This document shows, in pieces, positions 1 through 8,599 of a stretch of 64,000 nucleotides of DNA (positions are counted from its first letter, which is position 1; the number at the start of each line of letters is the position of its first letter). Below the pieces are notes generated by a model, which saw only the letters and a list, made by a program, of their open reading frames with translations, was not told the origin of the DNA and made no database searches. A program made the translations under genes and the position numbers. Location: the NCBI GenBank assembly GCA_902547295.1, contig CACCNJ010000004.1, positions 18,575 through 82,574 of the forward strand. Reading direction: 5' to 3'. Origin of the DNA: an uncultured SAR86 cluster bacterium (GTDB lineage: Bacteria; Pseudomonadota; Gammaproteobacteria; Magnimaribacterales; D2472).

Positions 1-1742
1 TTATTAACTTTATTATTAGGCTTATTTTTAAAATTTTTATTAGACTTACTACGTTGTGGATTATTTTTTCTTCTATATTTTCTTTGTGGTCTTTTATTTT
101 TTTTGGTTTCTTCAACTTCTATACCAGTGATAGACCTTAACCACTTCATTAAGCCAGATTTTTTTGATTTAGGCATTTTTGGAGGTTTAACACCATCAAC
201 TAATGGTTTCATTGTTTTTGACTTATTTTTAGAATCTCTCCAATTAATATCAGGTTCTGGACTATCTGGTGTCAATTTATAAGAATCTGTATTTTTAACA
301 TCTGAGCTTTTTATTCTTACGACTTTGTAATATGGCCTTGATTTATATGGATCAGCAATTACTAGAACTCTAACTTTATTTGTTTTTTCGATACTTATAA
401 TGTCATATCTTTTTTCATTCAAAAGATAGCTAGCAACATCTGATGGAACATAAACATGTATTTCGCCAGTATTTTCTTTTGCTGCATCTTCGCCAACAAT
501 TCTAAGAATTGAAAGCCCAAGAGATCTTGGACCTCGGACTAAAACGTGTTCAATGTCATAAGATTCATTTAATGAAGGACGCAATCTTTGTCTTGATATC
601 TCCAAAAGACCAAATCTAGATATATTTGATACTTGAACTCTGGCCCTATCGGAGTATATGGCTTTCCTAAATGCAGACTCAACTTTATTTTGATTATCTT
701 CATTCGTCATGTCTATGAAATCTATTACAACTAGACCACCGACATCTCTAAGTCTTAATTGCCTTGCAACTTCTGATGCTGCTTCTATATTTGTTTTAAA
801 AGCTGTTTCTTCAATATCTTTTCCTTTTGTAGATCTTGCAGAATTAACGTCAATTGTTGTCATGGCCTCAGTAGGATCAATAACAATGGAACCGCCTGAG
901 CTTAATGATATTTCTCTTTGAAAAGCTAACTCTATTTGAGATTCGATCTGATATCTATTAAATAGAGGTATCTCCTCGTCATAAAACTTAACTTTTTCAG
1001 AATGATCTGGAATAACAGCCTCAATAAATTCTTTAGCTTCATTAAAAATTTCTTTATCATCAATTAATATTTCTTCAATATCTTCTTTAAAATAATCTCT
1101 AACAACTCTTACAATTAATTTATCGTCTCTGTATATCAAAGATGGTGATGTTGCATTTGGAATTGTGTTATTTATTTCATCCCATAATGCAAGTAGATAG
1201 GCTAAATCTAAGCTTAGCTCCTCAACAGACCTGCCTAAACCATTTGTCCTAACAATTGCACTCATATTCTCAGGGATATTTAACTTATCAAGAGTATTTT
1301 TTATTTGGTCTCTTTCTTCCCCACTAATTCTTCTAGAAATTCCACCAGATCGGGAAGAATTTGGAATTAGTACTAAAAACCTCCCAGCGAGGCCAATCTG
1401 AGTTGTAAGAGCAGCTCCTTTAGTTCCTCTCTCTTCTTTTGTTACTTGAACAACAATTTCTTGACCTTCTTCTAAAGTACATATTGATTTACCTTTCTTG
1501 TCCTTTTTATAAAATTCACTTGAAAGATCCTTTAATGGTAAAAATCCATGCCTTTCTGAACCAAAATTTACAAACGCAGCATCTAAACTGGATTCAATTC
1601 TAGATACAGTTGCCTTAAATACACTTCCTTTAAGAAGTACTTTTTCAGGTGATTCTGTATCAAAGTCGTATAACTTGGCGCCATCAACAAGCGCTACTCG
1701 AAGTTCATCACCATAGGATGAATTTATTAATATTCTCTTCAT
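1..1742 (-). CDS. rne: Ribonuclease E (3' end runs off the window)
   Basis: Not in the ORF track. Minus-strand translation from the ATG at 1742 gives MKRILINSSYGDELRVALVDGAKLYDFD..., with RNase E motifs (AAFVNFGSERHGFLPL, KEERGTKGAALTT, GGLVVIDFIDM). SD GGGAG lies upstream, and the frame is open at the window edge. Confidence 0.95.
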   Translation of the reverse strand, partial: MKRILINSSYGDELRVALVDGAKLYDFDTESPEKVLLKGSVFKATVSRIESSLDAAFVNFGSERHGFLPLKDLSSEFYKKDKKGKSICTLEEGQEIVVQVTKEERGTKGAALTTQIGLAGRFLVLIPNSSRSGGISRRISGEERDQIKNTLDKLNIPENMSAIVRTNGLGRSVEELSLDLAYLLALWDEINNTIPNATSPSLIYRDDKLIVRVVRDYFKEDIEEILIDDKEIFNEAKEFIEAVIPDHSEKVKFYDEEIPLFNRYQIESQIELAFQREISLSSGGSIVIDPTEAMTTIDVNSARSTKGKDIEETAFKTNIEAASEVARQLRLRDVGGLVVIDFIDMTNEDNQNKVESAFRKAIYSDRARVQVSNISRFGLLEISRQRLRPSLNESYDIEHVLVRGPRSLGLSILRIVGEDAAKENTGEIHVYVPSDVASYLLNEKRYDIISIEKTNKVRVLVIADPYKSRPYYKVVRIKSSDVKNTDSYKLTPDSPEPDINWRDSKNKSKTMKPLVDGVKPPKMPKSKKSGLMKWLRSITGIEVEETKKNKRPQRKYRRKNNPQRSKSNKNFKNKPNNKVN

Positions 1743-1754
1743 TTTTTCTCCCTA

Positions 1755-1879
1755 AATAGGAAGATAATTCAGCAGTGTGCTTTTTAAGCGTTTATCAGTA
1801 AGTCTTACTCTTAGTGCTTACATGATCAGCTCTATTAAGAGCTTTTAAATATATAACTGTTGTATTTATCTTTCTTATT
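1755..1879 (-). ncRNA. Candidate structured RNA element in the rne 5' leader
   Basis: Nested inverted repeats: outer stem 1755-1776/1856-1879, inner hairpins 1779-1789, 1794-1826 and 1828-1843. The element ends next to the rne SD. Confidence 0.4.
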
Positions 1880-1919
1880 AATTTTCTAGGAAAACCTAGT
1901 TATTTAGATATATATCCTA

Positions 1920-1931
1920 TAGATTTGTATC
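1920..1931 (+). promoter_or_regulatory. Putative -10 element for a leaderless rluC transcript
   Basis: TAGATT, then 6 nt, then ATG. No SD. Confidence 0.4.
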
Positions 1932-2813
1932 ATGACTGTCAAAAAAATACTAATCAATGAAGATAATGAAGGTAGAAGAATAGATAATTTTTTAATATCG
2001 ATATTCAGTACAGTTCCTAAAAGTAAAATTTATAACATCATAAGAAAGGGTGAAGTTAGAGTTAATTCTTCTAGAAAAAAACCAAACTATAAACTTAAAT
2101 TAAATGACTTAATTAGAATACCACCTAATCTTGAAATCTTAGATAAGAAAATAAAGATAATAAAATCAGATCAAATTTCAAAACATACTAAAAATATAAT
2201 TTATGAAAATGATAATTTTTTAGTTGCTAATAAAAGAAATGATATAGCTGTTCATGGAGGATCAAAAAATTCCTATGGGTTGATTGATATATTTAGGAAA
2301 AGATATGGAAATAACCTGGATTTATGTCATAGACTAGATAAGTCAACATCAGGTTGCATTGTCTTTGCAAAAAACAAAAAAGCTGCAAAACACTTTAGCA
2401 AATGCTTAAATAATAAAGAAGTTAAGAAAATTTATTCAACAATCCTTAAGGGAAAGATAAAGAAAAATATTACTGTTGATATACCTATATATAAAAATTC
2501 TACTTTGAAATCTAAAGTAGCATTTTCTAAATTTATTTTAAAAAAGAAACTTAAAAATACATCACTTGTAGATGTTGAAATTGATACTGGGAGAACTCAT
2601 CAAATAAGAATACATGCATCTAAGTTAAACCATCATATTATTTTTGATAAAAAATATGGTGATAAAGATTTTGATAAATCTCTAAATATCGGAAATCATC
2701 AAATAGCACTTCATGCTAAAGAAATTATCTTCCCAGATTTAAACAATAAAGTGATAAGAGTTAAATCTAAACTTCCAGTGGAATTTAATAATTTGATTTT
2801 AAGTCTTGAATAA
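1932..2813 (+). CDS. rluC: 23S rRNA pseudouridine synthase RluC
   Basis: N-terminal S4 domain (GRRIDNFL...IRKGEVRVN), HRLDKSTSG catalytic motif, TGRTHQIRIH. Divergent from rne, as is typical. Confidence 0.9.
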   Translation: MTVKKILINEDNEGRRIDNFLISIFSTVPKSKIYNIIRKGEVRVNSSRKKPNYKLKLNDLIRIPPNLEILDKKIKIIKSDQISKHTKNIIYENDNFLVANKRNDIAVHGGSKNSYGLIDIFRKRYGNNLDLCHRLDKSTSGCIVFAKNKKAAKHFSKCLNNKEVKKIYSTILKGKIKKNITVDIPIYKNSTLKSKVAFSKFILKKKLKNTSLVDVEIDTGRTHQIRIHASKLNHHIIFDKKYGDKDFDKSLNIGNHQIALHAKEIIFPDLNNKVIRVKSKLPVEFNNLILSLE

Positions 2814-2868
2814 ATTTTCTGTTATTATCAATAAAATTTTGTTAGGATAGCGTTTTTTAGGGCATATT

Positions 2869-3078
2869 ATGGCGGTACAAAAAAGTAAAGTTACAAGGTC
2901 TAGAAGGGGTCAAAGAAGATCTCATGATGCTTTAAACTCTAAAACTTTATCAATTGATCCTGTTTCTGGTGAGAAACATCTTCGTCATCAAATGACGAAA
3001 GATGGTTTTTATAAAGGTAGATTGATTAAAGATCTAAGAAAACCTATCAAAGAAGAGTCAGAAGAAGTAACATCATAG
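2869..3078 (+). CDS. rpmF: 50S ribosomal protein L32
   Basis: [22 protein letters not shown]...GEKHLRH...DGFYKGR. Confidence 0.97.
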   Translation: MAVQKSKVTRSRRGQRRSHDALNSKTLSIDPVSGEKHLRHQMTKDGFYKGRLIKDLRKPIKEESEEVTS

Positions 3079-3080
3079 TT

Positions 3081-4001
3081 ATGCCTAGGCATATAAGTAT
3101 TCTTTTTCCAGGACAAGGTTCACAGTCGCTTGGAATGCTTAATCATCATTCAACAGACTTACTTATGTCATATGAAGAGGAAATAAACAATTTACTTGGT
3201 TTCAATATCATAGATGTGATAAATAATGGGCCCATTGAAGATTTAAACAAGACATCTATAACACAACCTGCAATTCTTCTAGCATCGATTTTAGATTTTA
3301 AAAATATTTTAAATAAACTAGGATTAAATCCTGATGTTTTATGCGGACATTCACTTGGAGAATATAGTGCTTTGGTTGCAGCAAATGCTATTTCTTTGCA
3401 AGAAGGCCTATCACTGGTTCACAAAAGAGGAAAACTCATGGAAAAGTGTCCAAAGGGATCAATGTGCGCTGTTCTTAATGTTGATCTTGATGTGATTAAT
3501 GAGATATGTTCCAAAGTTGAAGATGAAATCAAGACAATAGTTACACCAGCAAATCTTAATTCACCTAAACAAATTGTTGTTTCTGGCACCGAAGAAGGAG
3601 TTGATGAAGTTATTAATCGTTTAAAGGATTGTGGCTATAAAAAGTGCATTAAACTTAAAGTAAGTGTTGCTGCTCATTCTAAAGTAATGAGCAATGCTCT
3701 TGATCAATTTGAAAATGAGTTAAATAAAATTAATTTTTCTTTACCAGAGTATTCAATAATTCAAAATGTAAATAACAAAATTCCTAAAAATATTGATAAT
3801 CTAAAGGGAAATTTATTAAGTCAATTAGTCATGCCTGTCCAGTGGATTAATACAATGAAACATATTAAAAAATATGATGGTATTGTTATCGAATGTGGTC
3901 CGAATAAGGTTTTATCTGGTTTAGCTAAAGCTAATGGTATTGAAAATGTGTACTCGACTTCATCTGAAGATTTTTTTGATAAAATTAAGGAAAAACTATG
4001 A
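3081..4001 (+). CDS. fabD: Malonyl-CoA:ACP transacylase
   Basis: FPGQGSQ, TQPAI, GHSLGEY, VSVAAHS motifs. Confidence 0.96.
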   Translation: MPRHISILFPGQGSQSLGMLNHHSTDLLMSYEEEINNLLGFNIIDVINNGPIEDLNKTSITQPAILLASILDFKNILNKLGLNPDVLCGHSLGEYSALVAANAISLQEGLSLVHKRGKLMEKCPKGSMCAVLNVDLDVINEICSKVEDEIKTIVTPANLNSPKQIVVSGTEEGVDEVINRLKDCGYKKCIKLKVSVAAHSKVMSNALDQFENELNKINFSLPEYSIIQNVNNKIPKNIDNLKGNLLSQLVMPVQWINTMKHIKKYDGIVIECGPNKVLSGLAKANGIENVYSTSSEDFFDKIKEKL

Positions 4002-4714
4002 GTAATGGTAATGTTTTTATTTCTGGCGCATCAAGAGGAATTGGTAATTCAATTGCTTATCATTTTGCTGAAAATGATTATGTAGTTGTTGGAACATCCA
4101 GAAATGAATTCGAGTTTGATAAAAAAATTAAAAATCTTATCCCTGTAAAACTTGATGTTACATCTAGAGAAGATATTCAAAATTGTTTTAATGATTTGAA
4201 AACAAAGAATTTACTACCAGACATACTTATCAATAATGCAGGTATTACCTCAGACCAGATTTTTTTAAGAATGAAAGATGAAGAATGGGATAACGTTATT
4301 GATACTAATCTTAATGGAGTTTTCAACCTTTCAAAAATTTTTGTAAAAAATATGATCAAAAATAGAAAAGGTAGAATAATAAACATATCATCTATTTCTG
4401 GATTAATGGGTAACTCAGGACAAGTCAATTATTCTTCATCAAAGTCAGCACTTAATGGTTTTACTAAGTCACTTGCAAAGGAATTGGGTTCTAGAAACAT
4501 AACTGTAAATTGCGTTGCTCCAGGATATATAGACACAGATATGACATCTTTTTTAGATGAAGATTCTAAAAAACAAATAGAAAAATCTATTCCTCTCGGT
4601 CGTTTGGGTAGCGGTGAAGATATATCTAAATTGGTAGCATTTCTAGCTTCTGATGAGGCCTCATATATTACAGGTCAAACCATATCAATTGATGGTGGTT
4701 TGCTTATGTACTAA
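3998..4714 (+). CDS. fabG: 3-oxoacyl-ACP reductase
   Basis: GASRGIG, NNAGIT, GQVNYSSSK, VAPGYIDTDMT. Located between fabD and acpP. Confidence 0.95.
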   Translation: MSNGNVFISGASRGIGNSIAYHFAENDYVVVGTSRNEFEFDKKIKNLIPVKLDVTSREDIQNCFNDLKTKNLLPDILINNAGITSDQIFLRMKDEEWDNVIDTNLNGVFNLSKIFVKNMIKNRKGRIINISSISGLMGNSGQVNYSSSKSALNGFTKSLAKELGSRNITVNCVAPGYIDTDMTSFLDEDSKKQIEKSIPLGRLGSGEDISKLVAFLASDEASYITGQTISIDGGLLMY

Positions 4715-4721
4715 TAAAAAT

Positions 4722-4750
4722 GTGCAACTTTGAACTATTACATGTAAAAT
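4722..4750 (+). promoter_or_regulatory. Putative sigma70 promoter of acpP
   Basis: GTGCAA-17 bp-TAAAAT. SD GGAG precedes the acpP ATG. Confidence 0.45.
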
Positions 4751-4784
4751 GTGTCAAATTTCAATATAGGGTAATGGAGATATT

Positions 4785-5015
4785 ATGAGTGTTGAAGATA
4801 GAGTCAAAAAAATTGTAAGTGATCAATTAGGTAAATCTGTTGAAGAAATTCAAAGTGATTCATCCTTCGTTGATGATCTAGGAGCTGATTCATTAGATAC
4901 TGTTGAGCTTGTAATGGCGCTTGAAGAAGAATTTGATCTTGAAATTGCTGACGAAGACGCTGAAAAAATTTCTACAGTAAATGAAGCTGTTGAATACATA
5001 AATTCAAATTCGTAA
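4785..5015 (+). CDS. acpP: Acyl carrier protein
   Basis: [21 protein letters not shown] phosphopantetheine motif. Confidence 0.98.
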   Translation: MSVEDRVKKIVSDQLGKSVEEIQSDSSFVDDLGADSLDTVELVMALEEEFDLEIADEDAEKISTVNEAVEYINSNS

Positions 5016-5075
5016 AAATTTAATTTTTTAAATCTTTTTAAATGTTTACAATAACTTTTTATTTAAACATTTAAT

Positions 5076-6032
5076 ATGCATTTTATAAGATCCCTAATAA
5101 TTTGTAGCTTACTAATATCATTATCAATATATGCTCCTTACAAAGCATTTTTTGATCATGTTCCTCAAAATAAAAACTTAGTTATAAATATCGAAAGGGG
5201 CGATACTATTTATGAAGTTTTTTCATTATTTTTACCAATAAATTTTGCTAATAAGCTTTTTTTAAAGATTTATTCTCTAAGAAATGATATTAATTTAATA
5301 CAATACGGCGAATATCAAATTGGTAATAAATCTATTTTAGATATTATTAACTTAATAAAATCGGGCGAAACAATTACCCATAAATTAAAAATTAATGAGG
5401 GATTGAATATTTATGATATAGAAAACTTAATTAATGATTCATACTTAATAAATGACTGTAGTTTTCTAAAATGTATCAACACCAATCTTTCATTTAGAGA
5501 GGGCATTCTTTATCCTGATACTTATTTTTATAAAAAAGGTATGAGTGCGTCTGAAATATTAAACGAAAGTTACACCAGATTAGAAAACTATTTAAATAAT
5601 AAATTAAAAAATAAAAGTACTTATACCTCATTGAATAAAGAAGAAGTTTTAATTCTTGCATCAATCATTGAAAAAGAAGCTGGTAATGATGATGAGAAAA
5701 TTAAAATTGCTAGTGTTTTTCTAAAAAGATTATCTATAGGCATGAGACTTCAGGCTGACCCAACAATCATTTATGGTTTATTACCAAATTTTGATGGAGA
5801 CATAAAAAAATCTGATATTCTAGATAAAAATAATAAATATAATACATATATGATTAATGGCTTACCTCCAACTCCTATTTCTATATCTTCCATATCATCT
5901 ATAAATGCATCAATTGATTCACTTCCAGGAGACTATTTATTTTTTGTTGCTGATTCAAAAACTTCACATTACTTTTCAAAGACTTATGAAGAGCATCTTA
6001 ATAAAATTAATGAATTAGGACTTAATAAATGA
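5076..6032 (+). CDS. mltG: Endolytic transglycosylase MltG (YceG)
   Basis: N-terminal TM segment, EGILYPDTY, LASIIEKE, MRLQADPT, YNTY..GLPPTPI. Confidence 0.93.
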   Translation: MHFIRSLIICSLLISLSIYAPYKAFFDHVPQNKNLVINIERGDTIYEVFSLFLPINFANKLFLKIYSLRNDINLIQYGEYQIGNKSILDIINLIKSGETITHKLKINEGLNIYDIENLINDSYLINDCSFLKCINTNLSFREGILYPDTYFYKKGMSASEILNESYTRLENYLNNKLKNKSTYTSLNKEEVLILASIIEKEAGNDDEKIKIASVFLKRLSIGMRLQADPTIIYGLLPNFDGDIKKSDILDKNNKYNTYMINGLPPTPISISSISSINASIDSLPGDYLFFVADSKTSHYFSKTYEEHLNKINELGLNK

Positions 6033-6619
6033 AAATAATATCATTTGAGGGAATTGAGGGTGTTGGTAAATCTACTCAATTAAGACTTCTAAAAGATTAT
6101 CTTGAATCAAAAAATTTTTTAGTAGATGTATATAGAGAACCTGGATCAACAAATACTGGTGAAAAAATAAGAGATATTCTATTAAATTCATCAAATGAAT
6201 TATCAAATGAAGCTGAACTTCTTTTAATGTTTGCATCAAGATCTGAGCTTATAAAACATAAGATAAATAAATGTAAATCAGACTATTTACTATTAGATAG
6301 ATTCTATGATGCTTCTATTACATATCAAGGTTATGGCAGAAAGCTTTCTATTCCTTTAATTGAATCTCTTATAACTTTTATAAATTGTCCAGTACCTAAT
6401 TATAGTATTTTGCTTGATATCCCAGTTGATGAGGGTTTTGCACGCAAATCTAATGATGATATTGATAGAATTGAATCATCAAGCAAAGCATTTTTTGAAA
6501 GAGTAAGAAAAGGTTATATCAAGATTGCAAAAGATAATAAGGATAGATTTATAAAAATTAATGCCTCTTTGGATATTGATCAAATTCATCAAAAAATAAT
6601 TAAACATATCGGGTTATAA
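6029..6619 (+). CDS. tmk: Thymidylate kinase
   Basis: FEGIEGVGKSTQ P-loop, REPG, DRF..ASITYQG. Confidence 0.96.
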   Translation: MKIISFEGIEGVGKSTQLRLLKDYLESKNFLVDVYREPGSTNTGEKIRDILLNSSNELSNEAELLLMFASRSELIKHKINKCKSDYLLLDRFYDASITYQGYGRKLSIPLIESLITFINCPVPNYSILLDIPVDEGFARKSNDDIDRIESSSKAFFERVRKGYIKIAKDNKDRFIKINASLDIDQIHQKIIKHIGL

Positions 6620-6621
6620 AG

Positions 6622-7587
6622 ATGAGTATTGATAACTACAGTTGGCTAAAAGAAATTTATAAAAATATTGATTTTGACAAGTTACCACATGGAATAATAA
6701 TTTCTGGGTCTAAAGGTATTGGTAAAAGACTTCTTGCAAATGAGATTGCTACAAAAATTCTTTCAAAAAAATTAGATTCAAATGAACTAGCACTTATCAA
6801 GTCTAATAACCATCCTGATTTTTTTAAACTAGATAAAGAAAAAATACTTCTGCACCATATCACTTATAGAAAAGATAAATGGGATGATGAAAAGGGCCAG
6901 AGAAATGTTAATGATTTCTTATCGGTAACTCCGTCAATTTCAAATAATAAGGTAGCTTTAATATTGAATGCTCAAACTATGAATGCCGAATGTCAAAATG
7001 CATTATTAAAATCTCTTGAGGAACCAGCTAAAAATACTTTCATTATTATTGTTACTGATAGAAACAAATCCTTATTAGATACAATATATAGTAGGTGTCA
7101 AATTATTAATGTACCCAATTTAAATGAATCAACTATTAATAATTGGTTAAGTAAAAATGGTATATCAGATATTAACTCCACATATTTTCCAAGTTTTATA
7201 TCTCCATTAGAGATTATTGAGGATATTCAAAACAACAAACATTTAAATTTTAGGGAGTTCCTTGAAATTATTTCTGACTTTATAGAAAATAAAATTGATG
7301 CTAATTCAGCCTTAAAAAATGTAGCAAATCTAGAAATTGATTTAATTACTAAAACAAATTATTTAATTGAATTTCTTAAGATACTCTTAAAATCAAGGTT
7401 ATTATCTGAAGAATTATCCGGTTCTTATATAAAATTTAATACATTTAAATTTAACAATTTAAAGATTTCAAATCTTATAAATGATTTAAATGATTTTCGA
7501 TATGATTATTTTAGAGTCCCACAAATCAATGAAACTCATGTTTTAAATTATTTTTTTAGCGAATTAAAAAATTCTATCAAGTTATAG
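6622..7587 (+). CDS. holB: DNA polymerase III delta-prime subunit
   Basis: GSKGIGK, NHPD, NALLKSLEEP, TIYSRCQ. Follows tmk. Confidence 0.9.
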   Translation: MSIDNYSWLKEIYKNIDFDKLPHGIIISGSKGIGKRLLANEIATKILSKKLDSNELALIKSNNHPDFFKLDKEKILLHHITYRKDKWDDEKGQRNVNDFLSVTPSISNNKVALILNAQTMNAECQNALLKSLEEPAKNTFIIIVTDRNKSLLDTIYSRCQIINVPNLNESTINNWLSKNGISDINSTYFPSFISPLEIIEDIQNNKHLNFREFLEIISDFIENKIDANSALKNVANLEIDLITKTNYLIEFLKILLKSRLLSEELSGSYIKFNTFKFNNLKISNLINDLNDFRYDYFRVPQINETHVLNYFFSELKNSIKL

Positions 7588-8344
7588 TTGTACCACCATC
7601 AACAACTATTGTTTGTCCGTTAATATAATTACCAGCATTAGAAGCAAGCATAACAGCAACACCAGCAATTTCATCTGGCTCACCGATCCTTCTCATAGGT
7701 GTTGAAGATAACACTGAATTTAAAATATCAGGGTTTTCCCATAATGCCTTCGCAAAATCTGTTTTTATAAGACCTGGTGCAATCGAATTTGCTCTAATAT
7801 TTTTATGACCAAATTCAGCAGCTATATTTTTAACAATCATAACATCGGCAGCTTTACTTATATTATAAGCACCAAGTATTGGGCTACCTTTAATAGCAGC
7901 GATACTAGATATAATAATAATTGAACCATCCTCACGATTAATCATATCTGGTAATACTAAGTTGCATAAGATTTGATTAGACTTAATATTATTATTCATA
8001 ACCTTGTCAAACTTTTCTGATGGCATATCAAGCATTGACCCCATAAATGGATTTGTTGCAGCATTGCAAATGAGGGTATCAATTCTTCCTAGTTTTTCTT
8101 TAGTTAATGATACTAAATCGTTTAGTTGATTTTCATTACTTATATTTGCTGGAATAGGGAAGGCAGCTTCTGTACCAACAGCTTTATTAATTTCACTAGC
8201 AGTAGCTTCACAAGCATCAAGTTTCCTACTAGAGATAATTACCTTGGCACCATGTAAAGCACAATGATGTGCAATACTTTTTCCTATACCCCTTGAAGAT
8301 CCTGTAATTAAAATTGATTTGTCTTTTAGGTTAAATAATGACAT
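7577..8344 (-). CDS. Short-chain dehydrogenase/reductase (DHRS4-like)
   Basis: TGSSRGIG, CNAATNP, YNISK, IAPGLIKTDFAKALW. Confidence 0.9.
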   Translation of the reverse strand: MSLFNLKDKSILITGSSRGIGKSIAHHCALHGAKVIISSRKLDACEATASEINKAVGTEAAFPIPANISNENQLNDLVSLTKEKLGRIDTLICNAATNPFMGSMLDMPSEKFDKVMNNNIKSNQILCNLVLPDMINREDGSIIIISSIAAIKGSPILGAYNISKAADVMIVKNIAAEFGHKNIRANSIAPGLIKTDFAKALWENPDILNSVLSSTPMRRIGEPDEIAGVAVMLASNAGNYINGQTIVVDGGTTIT

Positions 8345-8364
8345 ATTTTTATTATAATGAAATT
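8345..8364. promoter_or_regulatory. Putative bidirectional leaderless promoter (palindromic ATTATAAT)
   Basis: TATAAT on + (8353-8358) lies 6 nt before the grxC ATG at 8365. TATAAT on - (8356-8351) lies 6 nt before the SDR ATG at 8344. Confidence 0.6.
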
Positions 8365-8595
8365 ATGACTAAAAAAGTTGAAATATATTCCAGGTCAAAT
8401 TGCTCATATTGCGTTATGGCAATGAAATTCTTTGACTCAAAAGGAATTAAATATGATGTCTATAGTGCTGATGATCCAAAAGTTTTTGAAGAGATGTTAG
8501 AGCGAAATCCTCAAGCTAGAACAGTTCCTCAAATTTTTATAGATGATAAGTTGATTGGTGGATATACTGACTTAGTCGAAAATTATTCGGAATAA
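8365..8595 (+). CDS. grxC: Glutaredoxin 3 (dithiol)
   Basis: CSYC active site and RTVPQIFI..IGGY. Start moved from 8338 to 8365 (MTKKVEIY), which removes the overlap with the divergent gene. Confidence 0.9.
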   Translation: MTKKVEIYSRSNCSYCVMAMKFFDSKGIKYDVYSADDPKVFEEMLERNPQARTVPQIFIDDKLIGGYTDLVENYSE

Positions 8596-8599
8596 CTAT

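Noticed and set aside
709-921. 70-aa plus-strand ORF
   Set aside because: Antisense shadow of rne, which occupies 1-1742 on the minus strand.
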